A stretch of DNA of 64,000 nucleotides from the human T2T-CHM13v2.0 reference genome, Homo sapiens. The translations under genes and the position numbers were made by a program. Of the stretch, positions 11,686-21,635 are shown one piece after another. Every line of letters begins with the position of its first letter. The first letter of the stretch is position 1. The stretch lies in assembly GCF_009914755.1 (NCBI RefSeq), contig NC_060926.1. One strand, written 5' to 3'. The notes below the pieces were generated by a model. The model saw only the letters and a list, made by a program, of their open reading frames with translations. It ran no database searches and had not been told where the DNA came from.

Positions 11686-13800
11686 TTTCTTTTACAGAGG
11701 AGGTATCTGTAGAGGGTGAGGTTTCTTTGCCAGAAAACGCCTCACCTCTGTCTCTTGTGTTCCTCAGCCTCGGCTGAGTCTTAATCACAAGGTGGGTCTC
11801 ACAGCTGTAATATATTTGGCAGGATATCCTGCCTTCTTGCAACCCAGATGTCAAGAAAGACAAAGTCCTGGCTATCTTAGAAAGATCTGGCTGCGTTTCT
11901 TTCCCTCTGCAGCCCCAACAGAGGCTTGGAATGTAGGCCCGAATCTATGCAACAAGCACACTGGAGAAGTTAGGAATGGCAGTTTGGGTTGTCTTTAGGC
12001 ACGTCACGTTGGTCCAGGCTCTGCACTCCCTGAGTCCTTCTCATCAGTGTGGCACATGTGCCAACCACTAAGGAAAATAATGGGAAGTTTGAGGACTAGC
12101 CCTCACATTTGTAGAATAAAGTGCCTTTGTGATTTTTATCAACATCTTTTATTACTCAGAGATTGAGGATCAAAAGGTGCTTTCTGTGAAAAATGCCTAG
12201 TTTGGTAAGTAACCACCAGGGTCACTTCAGGGGCTGATTTTATTTCGCTTTTTAAATATGCAGGTTTAAAGCAGGTAGCTATGCTCTTACAGAGGTTTCA
12301 CCTGATGCCAGCAGCAGTGGGGCAACACCAGACCCCCGCTCCCTCATTTCGTCACGAACAGGAAAGAGCCACAGTTTTCTAGCTGACCTGTGACTCTGCA
12401 AGCAGCCACTGGTTCAGGTTGTTATCAATGCTGGGGGAACATTTCTTTTGTTTGCCCTCCTTACCCCAATTCCATCTTGGTATTTGCACATTGATTGCCT
12501 GGTGCAGAGTTTCTACATATTATAGCTTAATTGCAGATTTTTAAAAAAGACAAAAATATGTTCATATCTTAGGAATTATGTCTTGCAGCCTACTAAATAT
12601 GCTAATGCAGCACTAAGCAGGGATAAAGTTCTTGCCATACCCCCCAACAGTTGCGTGGAACCTGCTGCCAAGTGATTGTTAATTGTGAAGCACAAGCAGG
12701 CTTTGCAATCCATCTTAATTGTCATACTTACTTCAGGTTTCGTGATAAGGCTCAATGTTCTGTTTAAAGTGACAATGTTGACAAGGGGAAAGGGTGTGGG
12801 CCTGAGCCTGTGGTTCTGAAGGGGTTGCGTGCTCTGACCTGCCGAAGGTTGATATGGACGGTCTGCGAGGGGATTTTAGTTGTCATGGGGTCCCCAGGCG
12901 GTTGAATGGAGAGACTGTCTGTCCTGCTTTTTCCTGTTAGGATCCTGACACGTGGAGCATTGATGAACTCAGCACAACGTTGAATGGGAGCTTTTTGGCA
13001 GCTGAGACACTGGGGCTAAGCTGCAGGTCAGAGATAACACCAGTGCGGATCTCCTCCTGCACAGAGCTCCTAGCATGCTTTCTTCCCTCCTGAGTGCAGG
13101 AAATGGCTCATGTTAAATATGTTCACTTTTCAGTTTTCCTTTCTTCTAAAAAGGAGCTTGACAGATTGGACTTTTCAGCTCCCTCTTTTTTCACCACCTC
13201 TGCTTTCTACCTCAGAAATACTCTTCAGGAAGCAGGAGTTAATCTTGGTGAGGAAACGATAAGGTGATGCTTGATTTTCACGGCAAAGCAGAAGGATATG
13301 GCTGCCTTCTTGCTGTTCATAAACTTAGAGCTCCCCACCTGTGAGGCTTTCCTTAGCTTTTCCCTTCACATCCCTTCAAAATAGGCCAGAAGAGTAAGAG
13401 AGTCAAGCGTCTACTGCCCAGACGAATGTAGGAGAGCAACATGTAGCATTATGCAATCTTGAGAAAAGGAATCACCGAGTTGGGAGGTAATGCTGACTTT
13501 TAAACAGTGTTTTCTCCAATACTTATGTGGCCCTCTACCCAAAGGGTGCATCACTGCCCACACCAAAATGCTTCTGCTTTGTTTTACGTGCAGCTGAGTT
13601 TAGCAGGTTTCCGAGATGTGGAGAACAAAGAGAAACTGCCAGCAAAGAGCTACTCTAATAATCTTTTGCCAACATCCTATATTCACAAAAGCGATGCAGA
13701 AAGAATTCTTTCTAGTTTTAGTGTCTGCCCTAAACATGGGCTGTCAAAGCTCCATTTAAAAGAAAGGTATTTGAAATGGATTCTTGTGTGGTATTGATTA
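10400..13800. promoter_or_regulatory. Repeat-poor putative cis-regulatory region
   Basis: No recognisable SINE/LINE. Contains CArG CCAAATAAGG (10755), TEAD-type GCATTCCA (11407) and TGGAATGT (11927), three copies of TAACAGGAAA, and CACGTG (12949). Confidence 0.4.
11631..11678 (+). repeat. (TG)24 microsatellite
   Basis: Uninterrupted TG run. Confidence 0.98.
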
Positions 13801-14224
13801 GTGACTGTGAAACTAATACATTGAAACCACTCCCAAACAAGTCAAATTCTGACTTGAGGTACATACATATGGCTTCGGTGAGATATGAATGTTTTCTTTT
13901 CACTCTATTGAGTATATGATACCCATATCCTTTGAAGCAAAAGGGATGTGTGTGAGTATGAGAGTGGGGTGTGTGTGTGTGTGTGCGAATGTGTATGTAG
14001 GTAGAGGGGATGAGATAGGGAAAGAGAAATGGAATGAAGAAGAGGGGATGGGAATGTGGAAAGTTTTTGGTCGAGGTTCCATAAGCATCAGAAAATAAAA
14101 GCATTGTGGGTAGAGATGAGAGTAACAGGACAGTCCCGGGGCTTACACCTTGGAACAAGTAGGGTAATGCTGCCCTTTGATCTCTGTCACCTCTCACCAA
14201 TTTCATGCACCCTTTCTGTCTCAG

Positions 14225-14290
14225 GAGGGTATGCAGCAAAGCTGAGAGAAAGAGAGAATGAGCAAGTGATATGTCAAAGAGCCAAATATG
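14225..14290 (+). other. Candidate 66-nt cassette exon
   Basis: Long pyrimidine tract ...CACCCTTTCTGTCTCAG acceptor, purine-rich body, ATG|GTGAGT donor; open only in phase 1. Confidence 0.4.
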
Positions 14291-14298
14291 GTGAGTCA
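14282..14298. promoter_or_regulatory. Abutting CArG box and AP-1 motif
   Basis: CCAAATATGG (14282-14291) directly followed by TGAGTCA (14292-14298). Motif match only. Confidence 0.3.
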
Positions 14299-15826
14299 AC
14301 AACCCTGAGGAGAATGATTCAGGCTTGGAACTCCATTAGAATTTGCTCTGATGCAAGATAGTGGTGCCAGACCTTCCATAATAAAAATATAATTTTTCAG
14401 TTCTCCCCATCCAATTGTACCATGGAGTCTTCATCCTCTTTGAGTGATCAGGACTAGGTAATTCCTGGTCTTAGTCTAGATACCTCTCTGGTTACTATTA
14501 GGGGTGGGCGAGGCGGCAGAGATTTCCAAGGACCTCTGAGTTTGCCCAACTTTAACTTCAGGGAGAATAGCTAGAACTAGATAGCCTAAGGACCTCAGAG
14601 AAATAAAGGATGTAAAATGTTCAGTACAGTAGTCATCACATAGTAAGTGCTCGGTGAATCCTTACTATTCCTTTCTGAAGATTGAAGCCACTTGAATTTC
14701 TTGTTGAATACTTCTTTTGGTTGTGTTTGTCAGGTGTAGCACTGCCTGAGAAAAGAGAAAAGTTTGATAGCAGTTCCTATTCTAAATGTAAGATTTAGAT
14801 TTTTATTATGTGTTTTCTATCTGCTTGGTGCAGACCCAGTGTGAAAGGGCGAAGGCTTGAATTGGCCTGAACCATTCTAATTCTAGATACATGTGGTCAC
14901 ATGTCCTTGTCATGATATCAAAGGGAGATAGCCACCTATGCAATGAGATTTGAAGAGCCTGGAAAACACCGCATGTCCTCCAAGTGTCTTCTTAATTAAC
15001 CAAGGCATCTGACATTCTTGACATTTCTGTTGGTAAAGCAATTCCTCTAAGTAAAAGTATGATTTCTTGATATTCCTACTTGTGGTACAATCATGATACT
15101 TGAAGGTGGCCATCTTTATTATGTAGATGATGTTTATTTCTTGCTTATTACCCCTGTGACAACTCGGAAGAGAGAAACTGAATGTAAATGGTAGCTAAAT
15201 GGAAGTTTTTAAAAGTATACAGTACAACTTCTTGACCGTGAAATGCATCAAGGAGGTTGCAGAGTTGGGGTTTGCACACTCCCAAATAATTTTGGATATA
15301 ACAAAATATATAGACATTAGGAAAGCTTCTAGTTAGCTTTGTGGGACAGAGCTTAAATTGAGGTCTCTTGGTTCTTTTCAAAAAGACTTTTCATTTCTGA
15401 TCACCCTACCCCAGCCTACAAGAGAAACTGCTTTTGCCCATCTTGTCTTGTGGCAATCCAGGGTCCTTCACCTTGAAGACCCTGGGTTAGGGATTCTCAA
15501 ATATTTTTCTACCCTAGAATATATATGTTCACACATAGGATACTTCCATGGGTATACCTAAATTATGGTACCCTAGGAATTCTATTATAATCTTTATTTT
15601 AAACATGTCTCCTTTTAATAACACACCTCTTCCTGAGATTCTGCAATGTCCTCTTGAGAAGGCAAACCCCTTTGTCCTTTTTCATGTTCTCCATCTTCAT
15701 ATCCCACCATGAGAGTTGCTGCCTTAAGCAATACTCTAATTATCTGGGTGTTTTTTCTTTTGTCTTTTGCCTAGCTTTTGTGCCCTTTGCCCTTTCTCTA
15801 TGAGGCTTACTTCCTGTAACTATGTG

Positions 15827-15862
15827 TATGTATGTATGTATGTATGTATCTATCTATCTATC
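15827..15862 (+). repeat. Compound microsatellite (TATG)5(TATC)4
   Basis: Read directly from the sequence. Confidence 0.92.
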
Positions 15863-16730
15863 TATATTTATAAAAATGAGAAATAAACCCATTCTATGTG
15901 TTTTCTATAGTTTTGGGTCCATGGTTGTTTTAAGCAATGAAGATTGTTAAATTATCCACGAGCCTTCTCTTCTTTGGCTTTATAATCTTAATCCTTTAAG
16001 TTTTCTTCATATATCATATGATTTTTACCCTTGGCTCTTTTCTTCGTTTAAAAATTGTGTGTATTATTTTCATTCTGACTGTACTAGTCTTACATACATA
16101 TTGTACTTGGACATAAAGAAAATTATGGTTGAGAATAAACTTACCTATAATTCCACCATCTAGAGTTAGTTATTGTTTGAATTTGGTTGTATTTTTCTAT
16201 CTCTTGGCTTATTGTTTTATGTATTGAGACTGCATGGGTCACTTTATAATTTTAAAATTATTTTTGCCTCCCATTTAGCATTTCTCCTCTCCAAGTTCTC
16301 CCCATTCCTTTCATGTTGATGGGTCCCAAGTGAGACCAATATAATACTTCAGTATCTAAAGCAAGATTTGGCTTGTGTTCTGGGAAGGCTAGCTCACAGC
16401 CTCTACATACTATATTTTGATCTTCTTAATATGCATTTTCCTGCTCTGAATCAGTGATTTATTTTTTTGATCTCTGTTAATACTTCTTTTCAAGCTGGAA
16501 ACAAAGGAAATTATCTAAAAATAACCGAAGACTATTATCCAAGACTTTAAAGGAGCATGAGCCAATAGGTTGACACCTTTGATCCTTAGGTAAAAAGTTA
16601 AAGTTCTTTTGTTGGCTTTCTGCAAAAGGAGGAAGTAGGGGCAAATTACACAGTTGATGCTATTTTATACATGAAGGAACCAACTTTTGACAGCTGGTAA
16701 ACAAGTTTCAACTTTTTTTGGGTAAGGTAG

Positions 16731-16855
16731 TTTATTCATTGAACACTTATTTATTGAGCTAACCCCTACTATGTGGCAGGCGCTGTTCTAGGCCTGGGGA
16801 TTCAGTAGTAAACAAAATACTCTAAAATCTACCTTTGTGGGAGCTTACTATTTAA
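16731..16855 (-). mobile_element. L2 3'-end fragment
   Basis: TTCATTGAACACTTATTTATTGAGC...CTACTATGTGGCAGGCGCTGTTCTAGGCCTGGGGATTCAG. Confidence 0.8.
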
Positions 16856-17261
16856 GAATAAAGTAGTTAAACTTTTTAACTTTCTACTTAAATTTCCATT
16901 TTAAAAACTAATTGTACTTTATTTTCTAAATTCTGAATCGGTTTTGAAGTATGTGGGGAAAGATCCCTATTATTGTAATGTTACTTTGGTATCAAATAAT
17001 GTCTTTATTCTCAGTGACCTCTCTCCCTCATTACTCTCCAAATTGCAGCTTTTGGTAGATAAAAAGGCAAACAAATGCAATGGCCAAGACCAATTTTGAT
17101 GAATTAAAAATAAATGTCTTCAATTTTAATATACTTTTTTTTAGGAGGAGGAAAAAGAAACAAGGGTAGTAAGAGTGGATATATTCTTATAACTATGTTG
17201 AAGAGCAAATACCAGATGCAAAATTGGGAGAGATCCTTTAGTTTCAAATAGAGCTAAACAG

Positions 17262-17285
17262 TTTTTTTTTTTTTTTTTTTTTTTT
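17262..17285 (+). repeat. T24 mononucleotide run
   Basis: 24 consecutive T with no attached Alu or L1 body. Confidence 0.95.
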
Positions 17286-18858
17286 GAGGTTATGGGCTTT
17301 GCCACTTAGCTAATTTGAACAGTAATGGAGAAATAAATATCAGTAGCTAAGCAGATAATCTATCCATAAGGCAGAAAGACAAAAACCAAAAATTTATTTA
17401 ATTCAAACATGTAATTCCTATAGGCTCTACTAGACATGAGGTCACTAAAGGTATAAAGAAGTATGCAGAAATTAAGAAACAGAACAGACAATGGTTATCT
17501 CAGTGGTTTTATCACCAACTTGTTTCAGTTTGAGTGTTTGAGGTACTTTGTCAATCAGACATCAAGAAAGATGAATTTTACAGATAGAATTGGACAAGTT
17601 TCTTTTTTTTTAATCAAATTTCAGGATATGCCATAGGCGGTTAGATTGTGGCTTGGAAATATTGAACACTTAATAGATGATGCTACATGAAAAATTATCC
17701 TGAATTCTTGAGTTGGTTTGTAAGAATGGAGCCTTTGTTACTTTTTTTAGAGGTTGATGAAAAAAGTATGTGTTATAACTCAACCGAGAAAAGAAGAGTG
17801 TGTATTGGAGAAAAGAACTTGTGCAGTTAAATAACTCAGTCTGTAGAATTGAATATAGCTGCTGACTACGGCCTGAGGATGTGGACTCTCAGCTATAGGA
17901 GTTGACCAAATTATTCACAAATGCTGGACAACTCAGGAGAAGAAGAAGGAAGGGAAGAAATGAAGGTCAGAAGGGCAAAAACAGAGAGAAAAAGCCCAAG
18001 TGAACAAAGGAGAGCGACAAAAGATTATATTACATCAAATTATTCTGGAGTTTTGATACCAGTTCATCACTAGAGAAAAATGTTATCCTTTAGGCAGAGT
18101 TGTATGATTTACATCTATAATTATTTGGGTGTGGGATAACCTAGAAACGAAGAGTATAACAAAATTATATTTAATGGAAATGATAACAAAACCTTTTGAG
18201 CTTAAGTGATACTTTGTGAAAAAAAGATGTAGAAAATCCAAGTTTATCTTTTAATCTGGTTTTTTTCCCTATTTTAGCGTGTTGCGTTTAATTAAAAACA
18301 AAACGCAAGCTACAATCAACTTTGATTTAGTTTCAAATCTACAGTCTTTTTCTTTATTTCTCCACTAGGTTCTGTCCGTGTCATATCTCAAAGCCAGTCA
18401 AGATCTACCTGCTCATTGAAGGTTTCATTTCTTACATGATGAGATACAATATTATTCATAAACCTATAGAAACACGTATGTTTTTTATTATTTATTGTGG
18501 TCGTGAACTCTGTTTTTCTCCACATGTAAGAAAGCAGGGATAGTGTCTTCATATTTAAAAAATGTGTGCAAAACACACGGCATAGTGTGCCGCATCCACG
18601 CTTTTTCCAATAAATGTTAATTGATGTTGATGAGAGAGCACATGTCACTAACAAGAACCTCCTGCCTAACTCTGGGTTTCAGAGGCCTGAAGATTCTTGT
18701 GAGCTGGAATGATGCCCTATTGTTGCAATTCCTTATGTTTAGGATAAATGAAGAGATAGTTTCCCTCTTTAAAAGCAGTTTCATTGGTCAATTTAGCATG
18801 ATATGTGCATTGCTTGTATTGATTGCTCAAGAGTTACTCAATTCAGAAAATTAAAAAT

Positions 18859-19040
18859 ATACACCCTATAGTATACAGTATATACTACATAGATGCTGTG
18901 TATACTAAAGATACTGGGTATCCGTAGTATGTAGTATATGTAGTATACACAGTATCTATGTAGTATACACTATGTAGTATATACTACATATACACAGTGT
19001 CTATGTACGGTATACACACACTACACACACTACATAGATG
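18859..19040. repeat. Quasi-palindromic low-complexity repeat (TAGTATAC / TATACTAC units in both orientations)
   Basis: 27-bp inverted repeat 18881-18907 / 18941-18967 and a perfect 20-bp palindrome at 18971-18990. Confidence 0.85.
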
Positions 19041-19384
19041 CATATTGGGCAATATGGAATTTTAAAACAAGAAACAAAAAGATAGTATTTCTACTTTGAG
19101 GAAAACCAACATATTTGTGTAAAAGAAATAAAACTCTTTAAAATTAGCTGTTTTAGATTTGACATTTATTCATCAATAAATATTTACAAAATATCTACCA
19201 AATACAGAGATGAAGAAGGCACCATGATGCCCTCCGAGAGCTGTTAATGTAATGGGTTTAAGACAACCACAATAGAATGAAGAACTTTATTTTTCACAAG
19301 ACAGCCAAAGAATGCTGAAATGAAAATGACAAAAACATCTAACGTTGAAGAGTCCTTCTTACGGGCCAGGTGATATATGGTCTA

Positions 19385-19600
19385 TTTTAGGTGTGTTGCC
19401 TCCCGTAATTTGCACAATGACTTCATAAGGCAGGTACTCTTACTTCCTCTGCCTTGTTTCAACCTGGCCTTCCCAGATGAAGCAACCAGGAGCGATAAGT
19501 TGTAGTAAGTTGCTGGAGGGCACACAGCTAGCACATGGCAGTGGCGGGCATGTGAATGGGGGCAGTATGACCGTACAGCTGAAGATGCCAACCATTATAC
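19385..19600 (-). mobile_element. MIR SINE, diverged
   Basis: CAGATGAAGCAACCAGG...GTAAGTTGCTGGAGGGCACACAGCTAG. Confidence 0.55.
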
Positions 19601-19670
19601 TCCACTGCCTCCTAGGGGGTGGGGAAGGAGAAATCATGTTTGATTGGGGAGGGGTCAAAAATGGTTTCTT

Positions 19671-19993
19671 TTCTTTTTCTTTTCTTCTTCTTCTTCTTTT
19701 TTTTTTTTTTTAGACAGAGTTTTGCTCTTGTTGCCCAGGCTAGAGTACACTGGCGCGATCTCGGTTCACTGCAACCTCCGACTCCCGGGTTCAAGCGATT
19801 CTCTTGCCTCTGCCTCCTGAGTAGCTGAAATTACAGGCGCCCGCCACCATGCCCGGCTAATTTTTTGTATTTTTAGTAGAGATGGGGTTTCACCATGTTG
19901 ACCAGGCTGGTTCGAACTCCTGACCTCAGGAGATCTGCCCACCTCGACCTCCAAAAGTGCTAGGATTACAGGCCTGAGCCACCATGCCCGGCC
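19671..19993 (-). mobile_element. AluS (Sq/Sp-like)
   Basis: Full reverse dimer with GAGTTTTGCTCTTGTTGCCC; TSD AAATGGTTTCTT at 19659-19670 and 19996-20007. Confidence 0.93.
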
Positions 19994-20354
19994 ATAAATG
20001 GTTTCTTGAGAAGGGGACGTTTCATTCTGGGTCTTAAAGGATTGACAGGAACTTGTGGCAGGTAGAGCTATTGGGAGAGAATGCCAGTTTGGTTGTGCAG
20101 GGGCCGAGCTCAGGACTGGGTAAACAGACCTCAGTGGGGCACCGGATATATGCAAGGGGTGCAGTTGGGAGGTGGGGCAGTTAGGGCTGAAAAAGGGAGG
20201 GAGGTGCAGGAATTTGGTCTAAATTCAGTAGAAGCAGAATATAAAATAGAGTAAAAGATGTGTAATAAAAAAAAACCTGAAAGATGGATATTAACGAGAA
20301 CAATCACTATGCAGAGAGTTTCAATTGACAGACTTCTTAGATAAACTGGATTTT

Positions 20355-20658
20355 GCCGGGCGCGGTGGCTCAAGCCTGGAATCCCAGCACTTTGGGAGGC
20401 CGAGGCGGGCGGATCACGAGCTCAGGAAATCGAGACCGTCCTGGCTAACACAGTGAAACCCCGTCTGTACTAAAAATATAAAAAATTAGCCGGGCCTGGT
20501 GGCGGGCGCCTATAGTCCCAGCTGCTCAGGAGGCTGAGGCAGAAGAATGGCGTGAACCCGGGAGGCGGAGCTTGCAGTAAGCCGAGATAGTGCCACTGCA
20601 GTCCAGCCTGGGCGACAGAGTGAGACTCCGTCTCAAAAAAAAAAAAAAAAATAAAAAA
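20355..20658 (+). mobile_element. AluY-family element
   Basis: CpG-rich dimer with Y diagnostics (AATGGCGTGAACCCGGGAGGCGGAGCTTGCAG); perfect TSD ATAAACTGGATTTT at 20341 and 20659. Confidence 0.95.
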
Positions 20659-20859
20659 ATAAACTGGATTTTGAGCTAGGGTTTGAAGTTTATGGGAATG
20701 GAATTGAAAAGCACGCAAGCAACCCAGAACACTGTGATTTACACAGGAGACAAGAACATAAGAAAATTGAGGAGCGCTGAAAAAAGGCCATTTTTCATGA
20801 GTTCAAGGACTTCTGAGGGATTAGGTGGAATAAGTGAATTTCTAATCCCAGGAGGCTTC

Positions 20860-21635
20860 TATTCCTCCTAGTCATCTCCATCTCAGTTAATGGCCCACCA
20901 TCCTCTCAATGTCCAGCTCAAAAACATGACGGTTTTTTTTTATCCCTTTTTCCATCTCATTCTAAAAGATAGCCTGAATCTTCCCTGCTTCAATTCTTCA
21001 TTAGATCCCCAGCAAGCAGACACTTTGCTATTTGAAAGCCTCAGTCAGATCAAGTTGCTTAATATTCCCCCAAAGGCTGCCCATTGCATTTGGAATAAAT
21101 TCCAACCTGCAAGTCCCTCAAATTCCCAGCCTAACCTCATTTGGCATTTTCATTATGCATCAGCCTTCCCGCCTCCTTTCTTTTCCGTGGACTCACCAAG
21201 CTCATTGTCACCTAAGAGCATTTTTACTAATTTTTTTTGGTCCCTCTCTTCCAATAAAAAATCAGCTGAAATATCCCAGCTTTAGAGAGCCCTTCCCTGG
21301 ACTAGCAGCCTAAAGCGTTGTGCCCATGAGTATTTTCTCCTCTCATTTGTGAAGAAGCAGGTCACTGTCTTTATATTTATTTTTCAAATCAATCTTTACT
21401 CCTCTATCCAATTATATTTCCTTTATAGTTCTTGTACTTTTTTGAAATTATTTTAAAACAATATTATTTGTTATCTTGCTATCTCTCTCTGGGAGAATTT
21501 CAGCTCTAGACATTCGGCCTAGAAATTCAGGACTTGCTTTATCTTATCCAGTGCTACAAACTCAGTGATCAGCAAAGTGCTTTGAACATAGTTGGTGCTC
21601 AATAAATACCTGTTAAATGGATGAAGATGAATGAA
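20860..21635 (+). mobile_element. L2 (L2a-like) 3' portion
   Basis: CCATCTCAGTTAATGGCCCACCATCC... ending ACATAGTTGGTGCTCAATAAATACCTGTTAAATGGATGAA. Confidence 0.8.

Noticed and set aside
11157-11777. 206-aa ORF, the longest in the track
   Set aside because: Runs through the (TG)24 repeat (CVCVCV...), is Cys/Leu/Phe-rich as expected of non-coding DNA, and has no recognisable domain.
12941-12970. Peptide DPDTWSIDEL resembling the start of a SAM domain
   Set aside because: The similarity stops after about ten residues; no following SAM helices.
13730-14302. 190-aa minus-strand ORF
   Set aside because: Alternative start codon, low-complexity HTHT and pyrimidine-tract translation, no recognisable homology.
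17262-17285. T24 as the tail of a retrocopy or orphan transduction
   Set aside because: No target-site duplication and no recognisable retroposed body next to it.
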